From positions 78,554,001 to 78,618,000 of the forward strand of contig OZ024741.1 in the NCBI GenBank assembly GCA_964016885.1: DNA of 64,000 bases, read 5' to 3'. This document shows positions 27,818 to 40,328 of this stretch, one piece after another. Position 1 is the stretch's first letter. Each line of letters opens with the position of its first letter. Below the pieces are notes generated by a model. It searched no databases and had not been told where the DNA came from. It saw nothing but the letters and a program-made list of their open reading frames with translations. This stretch comes from Eledone cirrhosa (lineage: Eukaryota). A program made the translations under genes and the position numbers.

Positions 27818-28282
27818 TTATTGTTTGTGCAATAAGATATTTGCAGATCTGTACTCGGTCTGCTCTTTAGCTAACTCGGTACGTTTAGAAGCTCTACGCT
27901 CGGCTTGCTTTTGAGATATAATAGCTGAATTTGCAGATCTATACTTGGCCTGCTTGTTTGCCAACTCATACCGTTTTGAACATCTATACTTGGCCTGTTT
28001 TTGTGTTAATTTATCAAAATTCACAGCTCTATAATCGGCCTGTTTTTGTCTCAACTTCTCCCGATTCCGCATCCGGTAAGCTGCTTTCACATCCAATTTA
28101 ATACGCCCATCTAGATTATTAGCACAGGAATGTGAACAAGCTTGTGGGACCGCATCATTGTAAGTATATGAACTGCCTGCAACATCAAGACCCAATTCAC
28201 AAGTGCAGCGTTGGTCATTCACATCGGCAGTGGGGACACCAAAATCAGTGACAGGTCTCGATTCACTCGCGAGATACATCAC
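27818..28282 (-). other. ORF fragment with five basic 15-aa tandem repeats (possibly a transposon N-terminal repeat)
   Basis: NREKLRQKQADYRAV / NFDKLTQKQAKYRCS / KRYELANKQAKYRSA / NSAIISQKQAERRAS / KRTELAKEQTEYRSA. Confidence 0.45.
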
Positions 28283-28449
28283 AGCTACACTATATATTTA
28301 AACATATATACAGTGATACCTCGCTACTTGGCGGTTCAACTATCGCGGATTCACGATTTCGCGCAGTTTTAGAATATATATATGAACACCTAAAATTTTT
28401 CATTAAATCCATTAAAATATTAATAATAAACACAGTTCTAATCATACGC

Positions 28450-28481
<32 letters not shown>

Positions 28482-28569
28482 TAAGTAATTAATACCGTAT
28501 AAATGGTACAAAGACTGTTTATGTAAAATGTATTTCTCAACAGAGTATTGAATACTTAGGAGAAATTCA

Positions 28570-28779
28570 AAACGAAGAGTGATAAAATTTCAAGCAAAGA
28601 GTTTAATTAGGTAATGACTTACAAATTTGTTTCAGTATATAGACAAAGCCTGAAGCGCTAATTATAATAATTAGTTAATAATATTACAAAATATATTAAT
28701 ATTATATTAAATATATACTGAAACAAATTTGTAAGTCATTACCTAATTAAACTCTTTGCTTGAAATGTTATCATTCTTC

Positions 28780-28785
<6 letters not shown>
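28570..28785. repeat. Inverted repeat (about 70-bp arms) carrying a hammerhead 3' half
   Basis: 28570-28641 is inverted at 28712-28783. It contains GAAA CAAATTTG TA AGTC but no CTGANGA. Confidence 0.65.
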
Positions 28786-28820
<35 letters not shown>

Positions 28821-29181
28821 TATAGACATAGAATATTCGAAAATATTCTGTATGTTTATAATAAACATTTTGAAGACCTAATCGCTATAGAATAGAATAC
28901 GTCACGTATTACAATTAGATTCTCGATCGAGAATCTAATTGTAATACGTGACGTATTCTATTCTATAGCGATTAGGTCTTCAAAATGTTTATTATAAACA
29001 TACAGAATATTTTCGAATATTCTATGTCTATATTCACATATATATCGCTATTTCAGAGCATTTATTCCAATTTCTAATTTCTGCCGGACCGGCAACCGCT
29101 CTTTCAAACCAGTTCCTGTACACAGCTAAGTATTCTATAAGTCTCTAGCTGTGTCATTCTCGATAAAAGCACTGGATATGT

Positions 29182-29220
29182 AGTCCTGATGAATTCTAAC
29201 AAGAATGAAACGCGTAGACT
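29182..29220 (+). ncRNA. Type I hammerhead ribozyme, copy 1
   Basis: AGTC CTGATGA ATTCT-aaca-AGAAT GAAA CGCG TA GACT, with a GUA triplet and a 16-bp distal stem 29156-29171/29230-29245. Confidence 0.92.
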
Positions 29221-29492
29221 TACTTCCCTTGCTTTTATCGAGAATCTAATTGTAATACGTGACGTATTCTATTCTATAGCGATTAGGTCTTCAAAATGTT
29301 TATTATAAACATACAGAATATTTTCGAATATTCTATGTCTATATTCACATATATATCGCTATTTCAGAGCATTTATTCCAATTTCTAATTTCTGCCGGAC
29401 CGGCAACCGCTCTTTCAAACCAGTTCCTGTACACAGCTAAGTATTCTATAAGTCTCTAGCTGTGTCATTCTCGATAAAAGCACTGGATATGT

Positions 29493-29531
29493 AGTCCTGA
29501 TGAATTCTAACAAGAATGAAACGCGTAGACT
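29493..29531 (+). ncRNA. Type I hammerhead ribozyme, copy 2
   Basis: Identical to copy 1, 311 bp downstream. Confidence 0.92.
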
Positions 29532-29803
29532 TACTTCCCTTGCTTTTATCGAGAATCTAATTGTAATACGTGACGTATTCTATTCTATAGCGATTAGGTC
29601 TTCAAAATGTTTATTATAAACATACAGAATATTTTCGAATATTCTATGTCTATATTCACATATATATCGCTATTTCAGAGCATTTATTCCAATTTCTAAT
29701 TTCTGCCGGACCGGCAACCGCTCTTTCAAACCAGTTCCTGTACACAGCTAAGTATTCTATAAGTCTCTAGCTGTGTCATTCTCGATAAAAGCACTGGATA
29801 TGT

Positions 29804-29842
29804 AGTCCTGATGAATTCTAACAAGAATGAAACGCGTAGACT
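29804..29842 (+). ncRNA. Type I hammerhead ribozyme, copy 3
   Basis: Identical to copy 1, 622 bp downstream. Confidence 0.92.
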
Positions 29843-29998
29843 TACTTCCCTTGCTTTTATCGAGAATCTAATTGTAATACGTGACGTATTCTATTCTATA
29901 GCGATTAGGTCTTCAAAATGTTTATTATAAACATACAGAATATTTTCGAATATTCTATGTCTATATTCACATATATATCGCTATTTCAGAGCATTTAT

Positions 29999-30091
<93 letters not shown>

Positions 30092-30663
30092 TTTATCTAG
30101 TCCTTCGCTCAAGATTAATCTATAAGTTTAGATGTCTGCCTTCGTTTAAGTAAATATTACAGTAAGATTTTTAATATAAACAACTACAAAAAACAATTAA
30201 TATTAAAACGAAAAAATTATCAATGATAAAAGAAGCGGATGCAACTTTTTTTTTTATAAAGTTATATTCCTGTTTCTTTAAAGAACATTTCATTTTTGTT
30301 CTATTGTAGGCGAAATAATGCAATGGTTTAATAGGGAAGATATAACTTACCAATTATGTCTCTAACCGTGTAACGCTTTTTAAGTAGATAACTACAATTG
30401 AAAATACTAAAGAAATGGAACCAACAATTCAATTTGAAAGTCGTCTACTTATAGTGACAGTGTATTACTGGTACTTTATTTTATCGACCCCGTAACGATG
30501 AAATGCAAATGCTTAAAATTTAAATTGCCTTAATTCTATCGTCTGCTGTTTCATTAAAGGGAGATTCTCGTCTGTATTTAATTCTATCGTCTACTGTTCC
30601 ACTAAACAGATATACATACACTATCGTCTCTATTTATACATTTTAACTTATAACTTATACACA

Positions 30664-33600
30664 TGTAGCGGTTGTCTCCCTTGTTTTGATTGGGATCTAG
30701 ACGGGAAGTGGAACCCTTTCTGCAACTTCCGGTCAGAGCCCTATAAAACTAACAACTTTAAGCTTCCTTTCTCTCTTTGCCTTTTCGGCACCAGGTCGAA
30801 GAGCCTCTCATTTGGCTCTGCCATTAATTTGGCCAACAGGCGCCTGGCCTTAGCCAGGCGCCCTCTGCCAGCCGCGTTTGCCTGGCAATCAAAACGGTAA
30901 CTACTAACTTTGTTTCATTCTAACATCTATCTTTGACATGTCAAGTATTCTATCTACCGTTATAAATATTATATACACTATCATTTTCTCGCGCGTTAGA
31001 AATATTTTTTTTTCAACCTTGTATTGGCACGTGTAGGCAGCATAAATTCTCGATTCACTGAGATGTCTCTACTCACAGACAGCCGCACGCCATTTATCAT
31101 CAGGGATTCTTCAGCCTTAAGCTATATTCTTCTATTTGCCGGTTTATAAATTTACAATGTAAATTTACCGTTGATAACCGCGCATTTATTAAGAATGCTT
31201 ATTTCTCTGGTCGCTGGCCTCTTGACCCTTCCAGGTCAACGCATGCTCAACATCGACCATCAACTTCGGCTGCTATTTCTAGCACTTTGCGCAACTCATT
31301 TTTTCTAAGTAAATTTTTTTTACTGTGAATTTAAACACCGAATACGCTCACTCAGCGAGACAACAGCAGCAGCAACAGCAATATAACAGCAACAGCAATA
31401 CATCAATACAGCTTCACCAAAGCCAGAGAATTCATTTTTGCAGCACTCTTCCTGTGAGAAAATCCATTCGGAGGTTGGAAATTTCACGATATACCACAGA
31501 ACAGAAACCACCTGCATTCATTCTCTGGAACACATTCTTTCCTGCTGTCATGTGATTGCACACCTGTGAACTATATTTTGAACTTTGAGCTCTTCTATTA
31601 CTTTTACTTTATTACATTGTATCTTTGGGTGATGGATAGATGGATAGATGGATGTCCAGTCGTTCTCTGGCCAAGAGCGGTTGGCTACCTTGATATCTAT
31701 CATTGATTTTTCCAAACATTCTTTTGTCGTAATTTTCATGCCTGTTACAACATTCTCGCCAACTTGCTACATATTTTCATTTCGATTTTTATACACTAAA
31801 ATTCTGGCGGGAGGTTATGTAGCGGTTGTCTCCCTTGTTTTGATTAGGATCTAGACGGGAAGTGGAACCCTTTCTGCAACTTCCGGTCAGAGCCCTATAA
31901 AACTAACAACTTTAAGCTTCCTTCCTCTCTTTGCCTTTTCGGCACCAGGTCAAGAGTCTTCTCATTTGGCTCTGCCATTAATTTGGCCAACAGGCGCCTG
32001 GCCTTAGCCAGGCGCCCTCTGCCAGCCGCGTTTGCCTGGCAATCAAAACGGTAACTACTAACTTTGTTTCATTCTAACATCTATCTTTGACATGTCAAGT
32101 ATTCTATCTACCGTTATAAATATTATATACACAAACATTGTCTCGTTTTGTTACATTCATACACCCAGTATCCTCGCTATATTGGTAACCCTGACGTGAT
32201 ACGAACACGCAGCCGTTCATCGCTATAAGTGGTCACCCCCAAAAAAAGAAAAAAATAGCACATCTGGTTTTGTGAGTAACATTACGAATACACAGCAAAT
32301 TTAGCGACAAACTATGAAAATACTCAAGGACACGCACACACGCACATGTGGAATTCGCACAGACATACTTTTTCTCTCACGCATCAATTAACTGTCGCAT
32401 TTCACCAATATATATATATATGTTTCTCGTTTCTTACAACGAACACTTTCAAAACAAAAAAAACATTTCACGATATATATATATGTTTCTCGTTTCTTAC
32501 AACGAACTCTTTCAAAACAAAAAAAAAAAAAAAAGAAATTTGATATTCTTTAAAAAACATTTCAACAGGAACATTTATTTTCGATGAACCATTGCCTTTT
32601 GTTCTTCGTTTTCTTCATCGTTCAAGTTTTTTGTTTTTTTCCAAAGTTCACACCTATAATTATGCTGATTGAAGCCTTTCTTTTTCATCATTGTCACTTT
32701 CAAAATTGCACTATCATTTTCTCGCGCGTTAGAAATATTTTTTTTTCAACCTTGTATTGGCACGTGTAGGCAGCATAAATTCTCGATTCACTGAGATGTC
32801 TCTACTCACAGACAGCCGCACGCCATTTATCACCAGGGATTCTTCAGCCTTAAGCTATATTCTTCTATTTGCCGGTTTATAAATTTACAATGTAAATTTA
32901 CCGTTGATAACCGCGCATTTATTAAGAATGCTTATTTCTCTGGTCGCTGGCCTCTTGACCCTTCCAGGTCAACGCATTCTCAACATCGACCATCAACTTC
33001 GGCTGCTATTTCTAGCACTTTGCGCAACTCATTTTTTTCTAAAAAAAAATTTTTTTACTGTGAATTTAAACACCGAATACGCTCACTCAGCGAGGCAACA
33101 GCAATATAACAGCAACAGCAATACATCAACACAGCTTCACCAAAGCCAGAGAATTTATTTTTGCAGCACTCTTCCTGTGAGAAAATCCATTCGGAGGTTG
33201 GAAATTTCACGATATACCACAGAACAGAAACCACCTGCATTCATTCTCTGGAACACACTTTCTTTCCTGCTGTCATGTGATTGCACACCTGTGAACTATA
33301 TTTTGAACTTTGAGCTCTTCTATCACTTTTACTTTATTACATTGTATCTTTGGGTGATGGATAGATGGATGTCCAGTCGTTCTCTGGCCAAGAGCGGTTG
33401 GCTACCTTGATATCTATCATTGATTTTTCCAAACATTCTTTTGTCGTAATTTTCATGCCTGTTACAACATTCTCGCCAACTTGCTACATATTTTCATTTC
33501 GATTTTTATACACTAAAATTCTGGCGGGAGGTTATGTAGCGGTTGTCTCCCTTGTTTTGATTGGGATCTAGACGGGAAGTGGAACCCTTTCTGCAACTTC

Positions 33601-33898
33601 CGGTCAGAGCCCTATAAAACTAACAACTTTAAGCTTCCTTTCTCTTTTTGCCTTTTCGGCACCAGGTCGAAGAGCCTCTCATTTGGCTCTGCCATTAATT
33701 TGGCCAACAGGCGCCTGGCCTTAGCCAGGCGCCCTCTGCCAGCCGCGTTTGCCTGGCAATCAAAACGGTAACTACTAACTTTGTTTCATTCTAACATCTA
33801 TCTTTGACATGTCAAGTATTCTATCTACCGTTATAAATATTATATACACAAACATTGTCTCGTTTTGTTACATTCATACACCCAGTAATCTCGCTATA
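30664..33898 (+). mobile_element. Non-autonomous LTR retrotransposon in a tandem three-LTR arrangement
   Basis: LTRs at 30664-~30978 (3'-deleted), 31818-32181 and 33535-33898 (364 bp, TGTAGCG...CGCTATA). CACA target-site duplication. PPT GGCGGGAGG before LTR2 and LTR3. Non-coding interior. Confidence 0.9.
32183..32200 (+). promoter_or_regulatory. tRNA-Trp primer-binding site
   Basis: TGGTAACCCTGACGTGAT just after LTR2 matches the canonical tRNA-Trp PBS TGGTGACCCCGACGTGAT at 16/18. Confidence 0.85.
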
Positions 33899-34101
33899 CA
33901 CATTTGATTTGAAATATTTTATCTAGTCCCCCCTCTCAATATTATGATGATTTCTTTCGAATGAAACAGTTCTAGTCCTGTAGAAGCCATTTATATATAT
34001 AATTGAACTGAGTTAAAAATTCACAATATTTATAATTAAATAAGCTCATATATATATGTGTGTATTTATCTGTTTATTGTATTATATATAATGTGTGTAT
34101 A

Positions 34102-34215
34102 TACAGGATGTCCCCCAAAAATATATACACACTTCAACAGCATTCTAATAACTATTGCCTGTACAGGTAATCAAAGTGTCAATCGAATGTTAGTTTCGTG
34201 TTTTAACAGTACAAA
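34102..34215. mobile_element. Tc1/mariner-type terminal fragment
   Basis: TA|CAGGATGTCCCCCAAAAATATATACACACTT start, typical of Tc1/mariner TIRs. Confidence 0.4.
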
Positions 34216-34931
34216 TTTACAATACACACATAAAACCAGTGTATATACATACATGAGTGTGTATACACATACATGAATGTGTATATACAATATATATGTA
34301 TATATATATATAGACACATATATTCACGGTGCAACGGAACATTAAAATATAGATGCGGGAGGGGGGTGTATATATAGGGGCGCTGGGGATAAAGGAGTGT
34401 AAAGCGTGTGTAATTGATATATTGAAGGAGAGGAGTGTGCAGCGATAGAGTAACAAATATATAGAGAGGGGGAGAGATGGTATTGAAGGGGAGGAGTGCA
34501 AAGCGAAAGAGTAAGAGCGATATATATAGAGACGGAACAGATAGAGAGAAACAGGCGTAAGTAACAGTGGAAGAGATATATAGAGAGGGGGAAATGTGTT
34601 ATTGAAGGGGAGGAGTGTAAAGCGAAAGCGTAAGATATATATATATAGAGAGGGGGAATAGTATATATATATATATATATATATATCAACACTTACTCTG
34701 ATTGGTTGAAAATTAGCCAATGACATACGATCACCACCACCACGGCTATCCCCGAAAAAATTATGAAGATGTTAGGCATATATGTTAGAACACGAAAAGT
34801 GAACATTCTGTTGTTTCACACTTTTCGTGTTCTAACAGATATATACACACGCATATATTTACATACTCACGCAAACACACACATATATACATACACTCAC
34901 ATATACGTACATATGCATATATACATACACA

Positions 34932-35001
<70 letters not shown>

Positions 35002-35063
35002 CATGTAGAAACATAAAAATACACACACACAATCATATATAAACAAAAACATACACACACATA

Positions 35064-35147
<84 letters not shown>

Positions 35148-35220
35148 AAATCAAGGTCTAGCAAATAGAGAAAAAGTTTTAAAATAAATTTTAAAAGGTT
35201 AGCTGTACTTACTATATGTG

Positions 35221-35302
35221 CCTTTACCGCGCGGTTTCAAATCCCCAAATAAACAGATAATCCAAGCGGATTTACATTGAGAAGGGGACTCTCGTCAGAA
35301 GG
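35221..35302 (-). ncRNA. Type I hammerhead ribozyme (intact core, long loop 2)
   Basis: Minus strand reads CCTT CTGACGA GAGTCCCC...GGGGATTT GAAA CCGCGCGG TA AAGG. Confidence 0.85.
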
Positions 35303-35467
35303 GTCTTCTCGCTCGGAGAATATAAATTCCCGAGTTCAAATCACAAACTGGCGCCATACAAAACTGTTCCCGGATGAGAGTGAATGAGGAAAGAAACAAT
35401 TTCAGGTCAATGTCCTGCTACTAGAAATAGCAGCAGTTCATATATATATATATATATACACACACAA

Positions 35468-35579
<112 letters not shown>

Positions 35580-35582
35580 GCA

Positions 35583-35676
<94 letters not shown>

Positions 35677-35679
35677 GAA

Positions 35680-36716
35680 GTGGTAACACAACAGTTAATT
35701 CACCATACCGAGAACAATTGTTTCACCTTAGCGGATCCTCAGCTCGTAATGGACATGGTGATACGGAACAGGAAGGACAACCGTACGAACGCGCATGCGC
35801 ATAAACCGTCACTTCACACAGGCAATATTAAAAAGCGTGCGAGAGTTGTAAGGGAGATAACTGCGAAAGTCCGAAAAGTTTCTAGTTGATAAGAAAATTA
35901 GGATGTTGTGATTTAATCCGGAGCTTTGTAGTTATGTAAGAGGTGTTTCGAGACATGTGGACAACGTGTGAAGAATTCATTTCTCGTGTTTAGGCAATCA
36001 CTATTGCACAATCTCTTTAGAATATTTATTCGTTCATCAATACATAGTCCACACGACGGATTTCCCCTTGCGTATGGCTTGGACTTAATGATGGCTTTCC
36101 ATTGAATGGAGTAGTCTATACTCGAGTCCTTGAGGGACCATACATGGCTCGCGAGTTTCGTGGATGAACGTCTGTCCGGGTACCTAAAGGTCGACTGGTG
36201 GTTCAGGAAGCGTTCCTTAAATCGGTCCTCCGCCATACCCACATAGGATTTAACCTCCTGTGGTTGATTTGGTCGGTTGGAAGTGACCACAGCTTCATAA
36301 ATTACAGCGGGTGTGTTTCATTGCTGTTGAAGGGGATAAGCTTCGGCCTTACGACAAGAGCATCCTGGTGGGGTGTTGCTCTTAGGGCTGTTGGTGATGT
36401 GGGCCTTCATGTTCTTAGCGCAGGAGTATCCTAGTTTTACTTTATGTCGGTTAAAGATGGAGCGTTATTTATGACCTATGGGAAAGTGTCTATCTAAGAG
36501 GGCTAGAAATGTTTTGCCTACATTGGTTTTAACTTTGAGTGAGAAGGGAGGAGAGAACCAGATAGTTTGTCTATTGTTACGCTTTCTTTTCTTATTGCTG
36601 TTGTTGATAGTGGGAGAGTAAGTGATAGGTTGCGAGAAGCCTCTGTTAGCTAACGCCGTGTTATAGTAGGGTGCCGCCCTGTCAAAGATAGCTTTATTAG
36701 ATGAGAGGTTTGAGAT
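35680..36716 (-). mobile_element. Penelope-like element 3' fragment (linker + GIY-YIG endonuclease + pLTR)
   Basis: WFSPPFSLKVKTNVGKTFLALLDRHFP; SYVGMAEDRFKERFLNH...CGLCIDE...LNTRNEF..CPH. Confidence 0.9.
35709..35746 (-). ncRNA. Minimal type I hammerhead in the 3' region of a Penelope-like element
   Basis: Minus strand reads CGAG CTGAGGA TCC-gctaa-GGT GAAA CAATTG TT CTCG, about 170 nt after the GIY-YIG ORF stop. One mismatch in stem II. Confidence 0.75.
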
Positions 36717-36963
36717 TATATATATATATAAACACACATACACACATATATGTCCAGGTCAGTTGTCTAATCTGATTAGTTTTTTCGTTGATTTGGTATT
36801 GTGTGGCTAGGTTTACCTGCCAGAATTTTCAATTTGTCAAGCTGTCTAAACGTATGTTATTACACTAAGGCCTACAACATTATCGAGTGCTTTGCTGCAC
36901 ATTCCTAATTGTACGTCGTTAGCTTTTCCACAGCCAAAGCTTCGATTTTACTAAGCTTCCACT

Positions 36964-37029
<66 letters not shown>

Positions 37030-37502
37030 CATATACATATATACACCCATATATACATACACACGTACATAGACATGCATACAAACATACACACACATAA
37101 GTATATATAAATATATACATATGCATACACATACACGCGTAAATACACACACGCATATATACACATATGTACATACACATACTCACACATATACAGACAT
37201 GCACAAACACATGTATATACATACATACACACAATATATATATACACACACACACGCACAACAATATATATATAAAAAAATTAATAAATAAAAAAATAAG
37301 CTGTACATACATATAAACGCATTTATAAAATGCAAACAAAATGTTCCGTGTAAATTTATGCGTATATACGGACAAGGAAGTAAATGTAGATAAAAAAATA
37401 TAAATACACTCACGTATAAAATTATATATCTATATAGACACACATATATACGCACGTACTTACAAACACACACACACACACATAACATTATTTACATATA
37501 CT

Positions 37503-37629
<127 letters not shown>

Positions 37630-38399
37630 ATATACACAGATTTTACTAAAATTCCATATGTACACACATATACACACATACACACACATATACATACGTA
37701 CACACAAAAGTGAATATATAAAAACCATATATTCGTACATATATACGGAAACACATGCAAAAAAGAAATATGGAAATATACGTACATGTAGAACATATAC
37801 ATACGCATACATAGACAAGTAGAAATATACACACATACATATAACTATACATATACATTTACACAAAATATCTAAGAATACACACGCAATTATAAATAAA
37901 TACATAGAAAAGTGCATACATATATAAACATACTTTCATACATATCTATGAATATATTATCTGAAAGATGGAAATAGGGTTCCCGTAAATAAAATAATGA
38001 AATGTAAGGGTGTATGTAGAAAGAGTATAACTAATAGGTAGAAAGAAAAAGGGATTAAAGTAGTGAGAGGGTATGACAAAGGATATGTGAATAAAGTGAA
38101 TATGTGAGTGTTTTTTAAGGTTTAAGGTTAAAGGTTTAAAAAAAGAAGAAGTGTTCAAGGTCTCTAAAAGGTTAAGAAGGGTCGATAGAAAGGTGGTCGG
38201 TGTGTGGATAGAAAGTGGTCGGTTAAAAGTATGGCAGAAAAAAGGGTGGGGGGTATTTTTAAAATAAAAAAGTGGGTGTTTATTATGTATAATGGTTGTG
38301 GTAAAATGTATGTGTTCATAAAGAGATCAGGGTAATGAGTGGAAGAGTTAATTTGTAAAATGAGGACGTTCAGGGTGGTTGAGTGTTCACAGGTATATT

Positions 38400-38720
38400 A
38401 TACCAGCTGGAAAGAAGATGTGATTTCATGTGTGGACAACTTCTGAAGATTTTAGTTTTAGAATTGAGGCAAGTAGTAGGAGTTTTCAGATTGTGCAGTA
38501 TTCTGTGACTTTCTGATATTGTTTTGAATAGTCTAAAATGGACCAATCGATCAAGTATGGAATCTTGCGTTCTTTTAACTTCCACACTTTATAAGCCAGC
38601 GCCGTAGTTCTTTTGTCTGGGTGTTTGAAAGAAGCGACATGTGCATAGTATCTGATTTAAAATCTATCTTGCGTCATGCCCACATATCGCTCACTCCTGG
38701 CTGGTTGGTTATTCACAATG
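38400..38720 (-). mobile_element. Degraded Penelope GIY-YIG fragment
   Basis: Manual translation [50 protein letters not shown] aligns to 35913-36290. Confidence 0.8.
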
Positions 38721-38731
38721 GGTGTTAGTTT

Positions 38732-38799
<68 letters not shown>

Positions 38800-38872
38800 C
38801 ATATTAATAATAAGAAGCAGGAACGAAGTATCAATAAAACATCATTCTGTTTATTCACATGTATACATATAT

Positions 38873-39195
38873 ATATTTATACATATTGTATAAAGCTATG
38901 CTTGAAGCAAAATCCTATTTCTTTTTTATAAGTTGAGCCAACTTATGCAGCTTCATATGCAAATGAGATTAATCACCTCATTTACACAGACGAGAAAAGT
39001 ATATATTCTCGCCTGTCTTCTAGTCCAGCAGTCGCAAGCGGTGGGAGGTTGTCCTCCTTGCTTCTGCTGGACATCACCAGAGGGCGTTAGCCCTCCGGTA
39101 TTTGCATAGCCACGGCTTCCTAAAACCGTATTTCTTTGGAGATACAAAATATTTATACATATTGTATAAAGCTATGATTGAAGCGAAGTCCTATT

Positions 39196-39201
<6 letters not shown>
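38873..39201. other. 276-bp highly self-complementary unit with 53-bp terminal direct repeats, adjacent to (TA)n
   Basis: 38873-38925 is repeated at 39149-39201, with several internal hairpins. Confidence 0.65.
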
Positions 39202-39284
<83 letters not shown>

Positions 39285-40118
39285 AATATGATAATAAGGG
39301 CGCTGCGGAGTTGCAATGTGTGTGTGTGACGGTGTTCTCTTTTCACTTACTGTCATAGAAGGCAATAGATAAATTCTCCGAATGCTAGGTTTTACGGCAC
39401 CAGTGGTATGAAGGAGAACATATTCTGGGGCCATCTGTTATCTATCAAAAATAACGAGCCGTAATTATAAATAGGCTGTTCTGTGGTCCTAACTCACTCA
39501 GTCACCTGCCTCTTGTCTTAGACAACACAGCTTCCTTGCCACTGCGAGTTTACTACTACCTATGCTGATACAACTTGTCACTTTTTAATCGGACATCGCA
39601 TATTAAACAAGGAAACTCCAGTCCAATACAGAAGCCTTTTTTTAACACTATATTCATTTGTGAATACTATAATCAAACTTTATATTTACGATTCGAAGTA
39701 ATCATATTTTTTTCCTTTTTACTGAAGTGAAGTAAAGATATATATTCAATCAGAATTATTGGTATTTGTCGTGTATATCATCCTCTTCCACAACAACCAA
39801 AAACTTCGCTTCATATATATATATTATTGCTATGAATTAACGTTTTGCCTCTCGTCTCTTACTTCACTGGACAGCGTTTGGCTTATGTTAGACGCTGTAA
39901 CGCTGAGTGGACCAATAGTTCCGTTGCTAGAGGTTGAAACTGCCTAATCCATCTCAACGGCCGATGACCCCGAAGTTCCGTGTCCTTCGTTTGTATTTTT
40001 ATTTTAAACAAATATTTTTTATGGTTTCCTATTAAAAAATTGTTTTTCGTTTTGTCTTGTTCCTGTTCGTTGTACACACACATACACACACACACACACA
40101 CGCATATACACACACACG

Positions 40119-40152
<34 letters not shown>

Positions 40153-40273
40153 GGATAACAAGGTATCGTTTAAGGTAATCAGGTAATCCAGTTAGAGGTT
40201 GTGAGTACTCTGTACTGTGGATACTGTAAATAAAACCCTTTTTGTACGGCCGACCATGTTATTCTTCACTCTT

Positions 40274-40325
<52 letters not shown>

Positions 40326-40328
<3 letters not shown>

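Larger units (their letters stand above)
28812..30004 (+). mobile_element. 311-bp x about 3.4 tandem array with hammerhead ribozymes and a 5' inverted partial copy (non-LTR retrozyme / Penelope pLTR-like)
   Basis: Units start at 28927, 29238, 29549 and 29860. 28812-28926 is the inverted copy of the first ~115 bp. (TA)n lies on both sides. Confidence 0.92.

Noticed and set aside
28927-30004. 311-bp repeats as a CRISPR array or ordinary satellite
   Set aside because: No unique spacers, eukaryotic context and no cas genes. The hammerhead and 5' inversion explain it better.
31325-33571. Short duplicated ORFs inside the three-LTR element
   Set aside because: No gag or pol motifs, and the frames are not preserved between the two internal copies.
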